Source: a virus | DNA: 50,644 nt | Strand: one strand, 5' to 3' | Virus record (IMG/VR): IMGVR_UViG_3300027868_000001 | Location: 1 to 50,644 of that record | Part shown: one piece after another, positions 14,387 through 26,000 of the stretch | Numbering within the stretch: the stretch's first letter is position 1 | Layout of the letters: every line of letters begins with the position of its first letter | Made by a program: the position numbers and the translations under genes | Notes under the pieces: generated by a model | What the model saw: the letters and a program-made list of their open reading frames with translations, nothing else | What the model was told of the DNA's origin: nothing | Databases searched by the model: none

Positions 14387-14701
14387 ATGGAGTTAATAAG
14401 CGCCTACGGATGCTCTTTTTGCGGCATGTCGAGCAGGCATAAAAGCAGCGTTAAGCGACACGAAAGGCGCCAGTGCAAAAAGAACCCGCATAGGAGCAGG
14501 TGTGGTAATTGCGTCCACTTATATGAAGATAGCGAAACTTTCTACAATCGAAATCATAACGGTGATCCAGGCAGCACAGATTACGAGTATCCGGTTTTTA
14601 ATTGCTTGAAGTTTGAAGTAGACATCGATCAAGGAGCGCTGAATGAAAACAATGAATGTGGCGATTGGGAATTACTGAATAACGCCACCCCTGTTAATTA
14701 A
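14387..14701 (+). CDS. C2H2/C2HC zinc-finger protein
   Basis: CSFCGMSSRHKSSVKRHERRQC has C-x2-C-x12-H-x4-C spacing. Confidence 0.55.
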   Translation: MELISAYGCSFCGMSSRHKSSVKRHERRQCKKNPHRSRCGNCVHLYEDSETFYNRNHNGDPGSTDYEYPVFNCLKFEVDIDQGALNENNECGDWELLNNATPVN

Positions 14702-14745
14702 CAATCAATCTAATTACCTGCAATGGGATATGGGATAATAGAGAT

Positions 14746-14985
14746 ATGAAAAAAGAAATATTTTTATCTTATATGGAAGCAATCGAAAATCTTGAGGCTC
14801 AAAAACGAGGATTGTCAGAGATAATTTTCATGCGTCAAAAAAAAGTGCTTACAGAATATTTCGGTATGAAAATGGAAGATAGTGAAGATAATCTCATTGG
14901 CCCAGTTTTCATTCATGGTGAATCAGTATTTATGGACGCTGACCACGCTATGGAATACGCCGAAGAACATTTAGTTAACAGTTAA
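14746..14985 (+). CDS. hypothetical protein
   Basis: 79-aa ORF. Confidence 0.6.
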   Translation: MKKEIFLSYMEAIENLEAQKRGLSEIIFMRQKKVLTEYFGMKMEDSEDNLIGPVFIHGESVFMDADHAMEYAEEHLVNS

Positions 14986-14996
14986 TAGGTAAGTAT

Positions 14997-15203
14997 ATGA
15001 AATGGGAAAAATTTCAAGTAGTAGGTGGCGCTGATGAGTACCACCAGTTTTCAGAGAGCCTAGAAAGACTATTCGTGTTTGGTGGATGGATCGTCAGACA
15101 GTCTTTTCAGACAGGAGCGTCAAATAATTACGGGCCTCATCAAAGTGATGCTTATTCGATAACATTTGTTCCAGATCCTGAGCACAAGTGGAATATTAAC
15201 TAA
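14997..15203 (+). CDS. hypothetical protein
   Basis: 68-aa ORF. Confidence 0.55.
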   Translation: MKWEKFQVVGGADEYHQFSESLERLFVFGGWIVRQSFQTGASNNYGPHQSDAYSITFVPDPEHKWNIN

Positions 15204-15215
15204 GGGTTAAACACT

Positions 15216-16175
15216 ATGAACGAAGCAACAAACATCGCAGAGATTAGACCAGAACAAAAAAGCTTAGTAAAGCAGTTTGCCGGGAAATATGGCGTTGACT
15301 CAGAGAAGCTTTTGCACACTTTAAAGGCTACCGCGTTTAAACAGTCCGGCAATGTACAGGTTAGCAATGAACAAATGATGTCTTTACTTGTAGTTGCTAA
15401 TGAATACAACCTAAACCCGTTCACTAAAGAGATTTACGCTTTCCCTGCTAACGGGGGTATTAATCCGATTGTATCCGTTGACGGATGGATGAAAATGGTT
15501 AATTCAAATCCTCAGTTCAATGGGATGGAGTTTGAGGACAAATTCAACGAGGGCGGAAATCTGGAGGCTATTACTTGCAAGATCTACCGAAAAGACCGAG
15601 AGCACCCGGTAGCGGTTACTGAATACATGAGCGAGTGCAAGCGCGAGACCCCCCCCTGGAAAAAGTGGCCAGCCAGAATGCTTAGGCATAAGGCTGCTAT
15701 ACAGGCCGCTAGATACGCTTTTAGCTTCTCTGGCATCTATGACCCCGATGAAGGCGAAAGAATCCAAGAGTCGCAGCCTATTGAGGCTACAGAGCCAAGC
15801 TACGAAACCTATACGCCCGACCAAAAGAGCTACTTTGACCAACTCATCGAGAAACAGGACGCACTTGGGATGTACGTTTTTATGGAGTCATTCGGCCATG
15901 ATGCTTCAAGCCCTAGCGCCGGGGTTAAAGTATCCCTCTTGCATTCGTTCCCTAAAGGCAAAAAAGGGGAGTATGGGGCCATTGTCAATGGACTGAAGGC
16001 GCAAGGTCAGCAAGTATTCGATGACCTTCTAACGGGATTACAGGCGGCTATCAGCAATATGGATGATATCGGGATAGGTGAAGCTGTGGAAGGTTTGGAT
16101 GGTGACACCCTGCAAATGCTGTGCAGTAAGCTAACCAACGAAGAAAATAAGTATTTTGAGGAAGTGAACGCATGA
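15216..16175 (+). CDS. recT: RecT-family single-strand annealing protein
   Basis: LNPFTKEIYAFP..GGINPIVSVDGWMKMVN...QFNGMEF...KKWPARMLRHKAAIQAARYAF is a typical RecT core. Confidence 0.85.
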   Translation: MNEATNIAEIRPEQKSLVKQFAGKYGVDSEKLLHTLKATAFKQSGNVQVSNEQMMSLLVVANEYNLNPFTKEIYAFPANGGINPIVSVDGWMKMVNSNPQFNGMEFEDKFNEGGNLEAITCKIYRKDREHPVAVTEYMSECKRETPPWKKWPARMLRHKAAIQAARYAFSFSGIYDPDEGERIQESQPIEATEPSYETYTPDQKSYFDQLIEKQDALGMYVFMESFGHDASSPSAGVKVSLLHSFPKGKKGEYGAIVNGLKAQGQQVFDDLLTGLQAAISNMDDIGIGEAVEGLDGDTLQMLCSKLTNEENKYFEEVNA

Positions 16176-16384
16176 GCATAGGCCCACAACTCAACATACC
16201 ATTATCACCTCAACAGAAAAAGGGGCTTAGCTATATCAAGTCCTGCTTAACGCCGCCCACTATCAATAAAATTAGAATTTACATGGGCTATAAAAGATGG
16301 GATCAGGCCGACCAGCTCGTTGATAATATCAGCAAGAAAGGTTTTTGTTATGTCGATGGCCCTTTGGTATTTCCGATTAACTGA
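16172..16384 (+). CDS. hypothetical protein
   Basis: 70-aa ORF; 4-nt overlap with recT. Confidence 0.55.
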   Translation: MSIGPQLNIPLSPQQKKGLSYIKSCLTPPTINKIRIYMGYKRWDQADQLVDNISKKGFCYVDGPLVFPIN

Positions 16385-16406
16385 CATTACTAAGGAGTAA
16401 ATAAAC

Positions 16407-16592
16407 GTGGGTAACGCACAAAAGAAAAAACTGGCAGCAGAGAGGCATAACGCTCTATTTGATGAAGATCAAGCCTATAGAGAAGATCGTAAGCGCGACC
16501 CGGATAAGTATCGACGACCCAACAAAAGAATGTCGCCAGTTGTGCTTGCGGCTATTTGTACGGCATTGAATAGTAACGGGGTAAATGTATGA
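16407..16592 (+). CDS. hypothetical basic protein (GTG start)
   Basis: RBS AGGAGTAAATAAAC precedes the GTG. Confidence 0.55.
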   Translation: MGNAQKKKLAAERHNALFDEDQAYREDRKRDPDKYRRPNKRMSPVVLAAICTALNSNGVNV

Positions 16593-16996
16593 GTGATGAA
16601 TATGAGGTAATGATTGATCTGTATATAGCCATTACTGAAAATGTTGGTGAGGCCGCTTGGGGGGCTGATCTGCCAAGCCCCATGGCAGTGACATTTTGCG
16701 AACCTATTAACCCACTTGCAGACCCGGAGGAGGAGGCGAGACAGCCAAAAGTTGTAACTGTGAGTATTAAGCCAGAATCATATAAACCAGTCTTTGAGGC
16801 TATTTATCAGAAGATGGTGAAAAATGATAAATACCGACCCTATTTGAATCTAAAAGATAAATGTGAAGCTCAAGCCAAGAGGATAGAGGAGCTTGATAGC
16901 GACTTGCGAATGATGAATGTATTTGTTAATGAACTGGGCTATACAATAGAAAAAACAGAGAATGGCTTAAGCTATAAAACTAAGGAACAACCATGA
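16589..16996 (+). CDS. hypothetical protein
   Basis: 135-aa ORF; coupled starts. Confidence 0.65.
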   Translation: MSDEYEVMIDLYIAITENVGEAAWGADLPSPMAVTFCEPINPLADPEEEARQPKVVTVSIKPESYKPVFEAIYQKMVKNDKYRPYLNLKDKCEAQAKRIEELDSDLRMMNVFVNELGYTIEKTENGLSYKTKEQP

Positions 16997-17388
16997 GTGA
17001 TAGACGAAAAGAAGATAAAGGATATCACGCCAGATCGTACACATTTAATACTGAAAAATGTTTTTGTGGCGATGTATTTAGGTCTCACCAGATACATGAA
17101 AACTTAACCCAATATATCTGCTCTAGTAATCACGTTTTTAATAATTTTTCGGGGCGAGACAGACCAGACCGAAGAGTAAGCGATAGGCGGAAAACCATGA
17201 CACCTAAAACAGAAGGAAGAATGCGCATGAGCTGGGGAGTTGCTGAATACCTCCACCCTAATAACGATGTGTTTTCCACGACAAGTAGCCAATGGATAAA
17301 GATTCCACCACCAACACCCTACACCAACACCGATGAACAGGCCGTATCACGCGGTATTAACAACATAATACAAGGGAAAACACAATGA
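16993..17388 (+). CDS. hypothetical protein
   Basis: 131-aa ORF. Confidence 0.6.
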   Translation: MSDRRKEDKGYHARSYTFNTEKCFCGDVFRSHQIHENLTQYICSSNHVFNNFSGRDRPDRRVSDRRKTMTPKTEGRMRMSWGVAEYLHPNNDVFSTTSSQWIKIPPPTPYTNTDEQAVSRGINNIIQGKTQ

Positions 17389-17540
17389 ATAAGCTACTCA
17401 ACCCAATGCCTGTAGAGGGCGACCGGCTCATAGATGAAGATGGAATCCCTTGTATCTATCTTGGGCTAAGAGCCGGGTATTATGTGTTTCAGTATGTGAT
17501 AGGTCAGCGTCGAATAAGCTGTGATATAATGAGGATTTAG
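17385..17540 (+). CDS. micro-protein (51 aa)
   Basis: Hand-translated MNKLLNPMPVEGDRLIDEDGIPCIYLGLRAGYYVFQYVIGQRRISCDIMRI; ATGA coupling. Confidence 0.45.
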   Translation: MNKLLNPMPVEGDRLIDEDGIPCIYLGLRAGYYVFQYVIGQRRISCDIMRI

Positions 17541-17548
17541 GAGGCGCT

Positions 17549-18088
17549 ATGAAAAGAATCGATTGTGGTGATGGGGATTTAATCATTGAGGACGGTTTTC
17601 TCAGTATGACCTATACCCCTTTGGCGTATGTGTGCAAATATTGCAATCATACAAAAGATAAACCATTTGACGAATGCCCTAAAAACGCCAATCCTGCCGG
17701 AATGATTTGTCCGCAATCGTGCTGCGAGGAGCAGCCGGAAAGGACACTGGTTAATGCTGTCCAGGTGTCTATTGAAGCCAAAGAGACAATTGATTGTATC
17801 GAGGGGTCAATTGGAGAATACCCGCTACACATTAACGCCCAGCACCTAACCGATTGCACTCATGATTTGAGAATTCCAGCCGGTAAAGTTGTGCGGCTTC
17901 GCGTCCCCCTATCCAGTAAGGGAATTCCTCAAGATGACTTCAAAAAGGATTATGAGCCTTTAATCCTAAAACTGTCTATCAATGGGAATGAAACACTTGT
18001 TGATATTGACCCCTGTGACGCTTCTTTTGACAATCTTCTCACAGAAATGAAAGCCCAGGAAACGAAAGAAAGAGAGATATGGGCTTAG
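17549..18088 (+). CDS. Cys-rich hypothetical protein
   Basis: 179-aa ORF; SD GGAGG; last gene of the plus island. Confidence 0.65.
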   Translation: MKRIDCGDGDLIIEDGFLSMTYTPLAYVCKYCNHTKDKPFDECPKNANPAGMICPQSCCEEQPERTLVNAVQVSIEAKETIDCIEGSIGEYPLHINAQHLTDCTHDLRIPAGKVVRLRVPLSSKGIPQDDFKKDYEPLILKLSINGNETLVDIDPCDASFDNLLTEMKAQETKEREIWA

Positions 18089-19956
18089 GCTTGGATATTG
18101 TTCATAAACATCATGCCATCATTAATCGTAAATGTACCGGCCTGTCCTTGGGTCGCCATTACACTAACAGACATGAATCTGTCATCTCCAGGCTGTGGCA
18201 TTTGGACAGACATAGATTCGGCGCGGGAGGTGGTTGTTGAAAAGGTCGCTGATACTCCAGGCCCTTGTGCAGCCATTGCCGCTATATCATCAGCCGCCAT
18301 TCCAATGGCTACTTGTGCCGTTCCTGTAACACTCATTTGGCAGTTTGGATAACAGACAGGAAAAGCTAGATCATCACCCCATTGAATGATTTTAATTCGT
18401 TGTGCTGAATTAATTTCAGTTAGGGATGATACTGAGGTTGTTGTCCCGCTTAAATTCGTAAATAAAGTGTATCGGATACGATTAAAGTTAGAAATAATCG
18501 TTTGCATAGTCGCGTTACCGCGAGACTGTGAGTTAGCATCTGAATACATGTATCCTACAAGACTCATAGCAGGATCACCCGTTTTAATCCGCACACCGTA
18601 AAACAAATCATTAAACCAAGTAGTTGTTGAAAAATCTAACGTCATTACTCCATTCAGCATATAAGCATAAATGTAATACTTAGTATCCGTTGCTAGAGTT
18701 TGCGCTAACACTCTATCAATAGAACAGCTCGCATAAGTCGCGATAACTCCACCAGATACGCTAAGAGCGCCATTTGGGATAACCTCTTCTTTCCCTCCAA
18801 TAAGAATTGTATTCCCGTTAAATGCTAAAAAATGACACTGGCTGAAAGGATCAGACCCGCCCATATTGGATACCCTGCCAGCCGGGGCGGGAGATCGTCT
18901 TAACGCCATTGACTCTAGATAAAAAAGACGCCTCGGATACCCATTCTCAATGTCCTCGATATGAAGCCGAACACCAGCAACATACAAGTTATCATCAGCC
19001 CCTGCTGTCCCTACGGGAGTATAAAAGAACCTGACCCCCACTTGAGTGGCAGAAGCCCCTATAGAGCCGTATACAGCCGCTGTGTAGGAGTATTTAACCC
19101 AAGACGATGTAATGACCTGAGTCGTTCCTATTGGCGTTAAAACGCCTGTCCAGGCTGACATATTGGCGGGGTCTTCATCCGTTCCGGTTCCGGTAAAAAC
19201 AGCAACGTTAACATTGGCTCCTGAAAATCCAGTCCCCGCTTTGAAATAAACACTTAAAGTAACGTCCCGACCCGCCATCCCGATAGAGTCAGCCGTTAGC
19301 AAGCCTTGCTGGCATCCCATCGCGTTAAGCCCAGACAAGCCATTGCCTCTACCTATTCGCAATGAATTATTAAACCCAGCGGGAGATTCCGCGTTTTGTG
19401 CGGATGTCCCCTCACTGACACTATTTTGAAAAACATACCACTCGTCTACATTAATAATAGCTGGAGAAGTCGGTAAGGAATCGTCCCCAGTCTTCCTTTG
19501 AAGCTCCATATCTCCGTTGTAAAGAAAATTATCCGTAGCTTGAAGTAACTGTGTTTGAAGAGTAGCGGCGTCTTCGGTGAATTCAGTAAACACAATCGCC
19601 GTAGTCCCAAAAGTTACTTCTCCTGAAACGCTTAATCGATATCTGTAGTTGGCTTGAGTAGAACCGCTGGTCACTAGAACTAAAGTTCCATCAACCACAT
19701 CACGAGTGCCGTTGAAGTCATCAGATCGAATCCAAGAGGCATCCATAACATCATAGATGCCGTTCTCTGTGGTAATGGTCTGATCCTTCACCAGTGCCCG
19801 CGTAGGCGTATCTGTCGTGCTTTCTGAGACCGTTACACCATCAATAGCTTGAGAACCACTTAGAGTGATATTTGCGGTTGTGGCCACCACTACGGGCGCC
19901 TTCTGAGCGACGCTAGGGTCAATTCCTTCAATACGTGAAACTCCAGTACTTACCAA
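18085..19956 (-). CDS. tail fibre / receptor-binding protein
   Basis: 623 aa; TTG start after GGAGGTG. The N-terminal VVVATTANITLSGSQAIDGVTV...VKDQT...ENGIY motif is common in phage fibre N-termini. Last gene of the virion operon. Confidence 0.7.
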   Translation of the reverse strand: MVSTGVSRIEGIDPSVAQKAPVVVATTANITLSGSQAIDGVTVSESTTDTPTRALVKDQTITTENGIYDVMDASWIRSDDFNGTRDVVDGTLVLVTSGSTQANYRYRLSVSGEVTFGTTAIVFTEFTEDAATLQTQLLQATDNFLYNGDMELQRKTGDDSLPTSPAIINVDEWYVFQNSVSEGTSAQNAESPAGFNNSLRIGRGNGLSGLNAMGCQQGLLTADSIGMAGRDVTLSVYFKAGTGFSGANVNVAVFTGTGTDEDPANMSAWTGVLTPIGTTQVITSSWVKYSYTAAVYGSIGASATQVGVRFFYTPVGTAGADDNLYVAGVRLHIEDIENGYPRRLFYLESMALRRSPAPAGRVSNMGGSDPFSQCHFLAFNGNTILIGGKEEVIPNGALSVSGGVIATYASCSIDRVLAQTLATDTKYYIYAYMLNGVMTLDFSTTTWFNDLFYGVRIKTGDPAMSLVGYMYSDANSQSRGNATMQTIISNFNRIRYTLFTNLSGTTTSVSSLTEINSAQRIKIIQWGDDLAFPVCYPNCQMSVTGTAQVAIGMAADDIAAMAAQGPGVSATFSTTTSRAESMSVQMPQPGDDRFMSVSVMATQGQAGTFTINDGMMFMNNIQA

Positions 19957-20032
19957 AACACACCTCCAATAATTGGGTTATAATGTCGGCGCAAGGGTGA
20001 AGAAACACCATCACACCTAATCGTAAAAAAGC

Positions 20033-23000
20033 TCATTCTTTGCCTGTGACGATAAGCCCATAAGGTGAAAACTCATCAATTTCATTGTCTTGTAAATCAA
20101 TCAAATAGCCAGCCGTTCTTTCAAACTGCCTTCCTCCGGGTACATGGAAAACACCCGCGGTACTGGATAAAAACCGCATCATTTCTTTCTTTGTGACTTC
20201 CTCGTCTGGGTGCAGTGTATCGTACACAAGATCCATGGCCTCAAAAGGATAGGTGGCTAACTGTGCGGCTGGAGTGGGAAAAGAACTTCCATACTTCGCA
20301 TAGCTGGCACCCTCTCGGATTAGAGGGAATAGTCCAAGCCCATAATACACCACCGACTCAGTAATTTCTTTTGCTGGCTCATCGTCTCCGCCACCAGATA
20401 TTAACATCTCGACAATGCCTGGAATAACAATCAACCAGCCCATTTTTAGCAGTAAGTCAGTCTTGCTAATTTTACCTGCTTTATATCTTTTGACTTGCTC
20501 AACAGAAATATTGTAAATCGCGCTCATCGCACTGAACATGACCGTCATGGTCTTCATAAGCTCACTACGGGTCTCTACGTTGGCTAAGTCCAAATCCAAG
20601 CCAGAGCCTTGGGTTCTTGCCACTACCCTGTCAGCGTGGTCTATGGCTTCCTGCTCGGTCTCAAACATCGACTCGCCTTGACGATAAGCGGCTAACCAAA
20701 TAGGCCTTGTAATGGCTCTATCTGTGAGGGTCATCATGCCAAAAGCATTATTCTTGATTTTATTGAAAGCGGTATTGCCTTTTAAATTCTGTCGGATCTG
20801 GGCAATATCCCGGTTAATCACTTCACCGCGATTGACCATATATTCTGATTTCGACTGAATAAAGTCGCTCATTTTATTGGGGTTTGCGTAAAATTCAACA
20901 CTAGCCGCTGCTACAATCTTGGCGTCCAGCTCAGCTATCCCAGTCGTCAAACCCAGAGTATTCATTAAGGAAGTCCTGACCGAATACCCTAACGCGCTGT
21001 AAGTAGCGGCCAATCTGGCATGACGTAGAAAACGTTCTATTCCGCGAAGTCCGTTGATTTTCTGTGGGCCACTGGCGACTTCTTTTAAACGGTTTGTAAT
21101 AGTCGCTTCACCGGCAAGACCTAAACTGGTAATTAACTCGCTTTTAATCTTTCGGTTTTTTAAGACTCGGCTGACATCGCGCACCGGTTCCCAGTGAGTC
21201 AGGTCGTGGATCACACCATCAATATGATTGAATAAAACATTAACGGAAAGATCAACTTTCCGTCCGCCAAATCCAACACGTTCGATAGTAGATCCATGTT
21301 TCGTAGAAAGCTTCGCGGCACCACCGGCCATAAAGCTTTGATATTGCGTGTCGATTTCCTGCTGTTTCGGATCACTCAGCGGATCACCTACCAGCGGGTA
21401 GTAGCCACCTTTCATTTCCTTTCCAGAAGATGTTACAAAAGGTGCCGGCTGTACTTTTTCAGGAGCCGCCCCAGACCGCCGAATCTCTAATGCCGAAATA
21501 TCTTTCCAGTAAGTATCGATGTAATCCCAGACATTTTGAACCAGATCCCAATCTTTGTCAGATAAGGTTGCTACGATTTTATCAAGATCGTTCTCTGTCA
21601 TTAAGGGCTGGTCATCGGGTAACAGCTTCTCTTGGTTCAACAATGCTTCACGGTTGCTTTCGTTGCCCATATTCAAAGCCAAAGACAGTCTGGCCCCATA
21701 CGATAAAGAAACCTTTCGCCCAGAATCCAGTGTAAAAGTTCGTTTGTCTCTCAGGCCATTGAAGGCATTCTCGTACCCTTCAAACATTTCATTCAAGTGC
21801 TTGTGAGCGTCCGTCCTCATGGTTAGGGCTGTGGTTGAGGCATCCAATAAGGGTTTAATGGTTTGTTTCCATAACCAACCCTGTTCGTTCATGCCGTCCG
21901 CTTGACGAACCAAGGATTCCATTTTGCGCAGCGAAGAGAATAATTCTTGAGTGATACGCTTAGCTTTTACCCATGGAGTGTCCGTATCCACTTCCGTTTC
22001 ATAGTTTTCTATCCGATTCTCTTTTAACCATTCTCGACCTTGATCAATATTGGCCTTGTAAGCTTCAGTGTCTACCAGCTTGGCCGACTTAATAATTGAG
22101 GTCACAATATCATTAAGACCTCGAAGGTCTTCAGAGGTCATGTCATTCCAGGCTGTTAATTTCCCTAAAATCTCAGCTTCCACCAAATACGTATCAGGGT
22201 CTTTTTGTTGCGACTCAATCCAGTTTCTCACGCCTTTTAAGCGCGCTTCAGCCAGCTCAACTGATTCTCGATTGGACTTTCTGAAATCAAAGACAGAAAT
22301 CAATACTTTGGCTTCGTTAACAATTTCATTGTTGTACTTTTTGGAGTCAAATTTCCGCCCTTTGATCGATTGCAAAGAGGCTCTGATTCTTAACGTCTTC
22401 TCGCGCACCTGTGTGGCCTCGCGGGACAGATAGAAGTTCATTAGCTCTTGCGTCTTAGCCTTCTGTGCCGCGCCGAAATCGCCTTTATTTTTCGCCTCAA
22501 CTGATTGTTTCGCAGCACGTATCTCAGCCGACCGATATTGAGCCGGACGGATTTTTGAAAAAGGTAGCTTTGCGATGGTCTCTTTGGCATAAACTTTTAG
22601 GGCATCTCGATCAATAGCGTTGGTGTTATTCTTTCTGGCTATAGCATTTAACTCTGTTATTAGCTTTCGTGCTCTCTCAGGGTTCCTAACCGCCGCCTCC
22701 GCTTCTTCTTGAATCGTTCCGTCATTTAAAATATCCCCATGGCGTCGAACCATTTCAGATTCAGTCAGTCGCTGGGTTTCTTGTGCCAGAGTGGGGCTTT
22801 CTTCAATGACGTGAATTAATTCATTGCCTGAAGCAAAACCAAATAGTGCGGCCAAGTCATCAGAGTCCATGCCATCTTCAGCGGTCATACCTCTAAATCT
22901 TGGGGTTATCTGGCCCAGTTCAGCATGCACTTTAGCCTTTGATAGTTTTGGCCCTTCGCTGCTTTTTAGGGTTTCTGTGGCCGAGTAAAGTGGGTTTTTA

Positions 23001-26000
23001 ATCAGCTCCTCTCGAACGCCTTTAGCCACAACCGCTGATTCATCCTTCCACCACTTCTTATAGGTGCGCTCCAACTGCTTAACCATCTTGGTTTGAAGCA
23101 ATTCTTTCGCACCCTCGGAGGTGGACTGTTTTGAATAAGTCTTATATTCAGCCTGAGTCATACCGGCATCTTCAGCCGATTCAAACAGAGGATCGAAGTT
23201 GCCTTTTACGCGGTCAATTTCTTGGTCAGTGGCTAACATTCGATCCATCACACCGCGAACTTCGTCGTTTAATTCAACGTTTAGGCGGGTAAGATCTCGA
23301 TAGACCTGTTTTAACCAAGCTGCAAATCGACGGAAAGCCGACTGAAGGCCGATGGACGGGGCTTTACCTTCGCTTAGATATCTCTCAAAGCCTCGTGCAA
23401 ATTTCTCAAGAGCATCTGTTGATTCTTTGGTTCGAACCCGTTTTTTTGTTTTTGGGTCTACCTCATACCGGTTTAAATCCGCAAAAGACTCCACTCCCAA
23501 CCATTTTAAAATCTCATCGCCATCGGCCTTAATTTGAGGGGTTGCCTTCGGATGGCCATAGATTTTCTCTTCCATAGCCAAAAACAGATGACCGGATTCA
23601 TGGAGAAAGGTGCTTAAATTTGACGCTTCGGTTAGCTGGATTATGGCTGAATCAGGTAAGAGTAGGATTTTTCCGCGAACGCCTTTCTGTTCATCTTGAA
23701 ATAGGGGCTGGCCTTCAAGCGCTGAACCTTTTGCTTTGTCAGTCAAACTTACATTGAACACTTCGCCAATATCCGGTAAATCAACTACCGATACCTTGGC
23801 CGATTTATCCAGCTTTCTAGCCACCTTTTTGAAGATGTTGGGTAGGGTGCGGTCATAAAAACCACGCATTCCTTCACCTCCAATCTTGAGGTCAACACCT
23901 GACAAACTGGTTCCGTAAATATTGCTTTCCCCTTCTCCGTTTATTATTTTTTCAGCTATTTCTTTTCCAACAACGGAATCTAATTCATCTGCTTTATATC
24001 GCGATTGCGGCAAATTAATTTCATTAAGATTTTTATCTGTAATTTCCAGCTCGTATTCATCACCATGCTTTCGATACCCTATAGCCTCAACCTTTTCGCT
24101 CAGATCATACCTATCAGCTTGCTGCTCTCCCGTTGTCCACGATACAGAGTCATAACCTTCTTCAGAGGCAATTCTTAGAATGCGTTTAATGGCAAGCTCG
24201 GCCCATGCGTTAGTTGAGCCTATGAATGGGGCGTTTGGCACTCCTGTTCTGGCAAGCTTTTCTCTGACCACATAATCTTTGGCCTCAGCCTCAGTCTTGT
24301 ATTTACTTTTTGGAATCTGTAAAACATTATCTGGCACCCTAAAATACCAAAACAATTCTGGCTGAGAGGCTTCTGGCAACCCTTCTATCAGAGGCTGAAC
24401 ATCTTCCGGCTTATATCTTTTCTCAATACCTTTTTTTCTGGCGTCTTGTCCGTAATCGCTCTGGATTTCTTCAACAAACAAAACCTTATTGCCATCCGAA
24501 TCAATGCGGTCGTTTAAGCGAACATGGGCAAGGATGTTGGGTTCGTCGAAATGGGTAGATTTGAATTCGTCTCTTCTGCCTGACGCACCGCTCTGCTTGC
24601 TCTCTGCTGGAGTTCCTTTTTCAAGCTCTATTCTTCTTTTTGTAAGCTCTGTATATTCTCTGTAATGCGCTGTAGGCTCTTTTCCGCTATCGCGGTCATA
24701 GTAATCTGTTTCTGGATTGTATGAATTATCCAGCTCTTTAAGTCTTGCATTAACACGCTTCAGTTCATTTGAATCAAACTGTTTAGCAGGCAGCGTCAGC
24801 AACACCTCGCGGTAATTCTCGCCGCCTGGAAGTTGGTAGTCTTGGAATTTAGTACCGTCTGCATCTGTTCGACCGCCCAAATCTCTCGGTTCTCGATCTT
24901 CTAGCTGAGCCAAAACATCTTCGCTTTCTTGGGATATTCCCGCTCCTTTCCGAACCTCTTCAATCTGGACACCATTGCTATCCACAAAGTCCTGAATCTC
25001 TTGCTTAGTGACTTTCTCACCGGATTCTTTTTTAGCACTTAGGTATTCTGCAAGGCCAGTCCATTCCAGCTCTTCGGCTTTCACTCCAGGTTGTTTTTTG
25101 ATGGTATTTAGCATCTGTTGAGCGGGGCCAGATTCTTGTTTTAATTTGCCAACGGCATCGGATAAGCCTGAGAAAAAGCCAAGCTCATCCTGAAATAACT
25201 CCTTCCCAAGAAATTCCTCGAAAAATTCAGTTTCCTCTTTCTTGAAATCAGGATCGTGGTATTTTTCCTGAAGCTCCTCAAACGATAAAACCTCACCTTC
25301 GATAACGTACCGCAAATCTTTAGGATCGGTGCTTTCATTCACCAGCACCTCAGAAGCGCGTCCAGAGGCTTCTGTGTGCTGCTCAGGCACTAATATACCG
25401 ACACCCTCACCATAGACAGGGAATTGGCCATCATTGATTAGAGTGGCTGATATACCGGGCTGGCCTTCAAAATCTCGACCTACTTGAAGCTCTTCCAGAT
25501 TCGCAATGGCTTGAAGCTCAGCAATAGACGTACCTCTGAATGAATCTTCAGGTTTAACCTTTTCCTCAATCAGTAAGGTGTTGATGGTGGTTTTAGCGGC
25601 TTCTTTTTTGTCTTCAAGCGCTTGATCTAAAACCGCACCGGTTAATTCCGCTTCAGGCCCAACAATCTTTAATCCCATCATTTCGTACACTTCATCGACC
25701 GTTAAGCCGGTACGAGCAGCCTTAGTGGTGACATAAGCAGGAATTAGCGTAGCGGAAGTCTTAGCAGCGGCTGGAGTCAGTCGTCCAGTCTCGATAAGTT
25801 GTTGTGAGACTTCGGCGTATATCTCATCAGCGCGAGTTTTCAGATCTACGTTCTGACTGGCTTCAGCTAAAATAGCCGCCGCATCGGCTTCACCCTCATA
25901 CTCGGGTGAAAGGCGCATTAAAGGCTTTAGAGTTTCGTAATTCTTGGAAGCCAGCAAAGGGCCAGCCTGTTCAATAGGAATGACTATATCGCCGCCCAGG

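Noticed and set aside
18085-19956. Diversity-generating retroelement targeting the tail fibre
   Set aside because: No reverse transcriptase gene is present, and no template/variable repeat pair was noticed.
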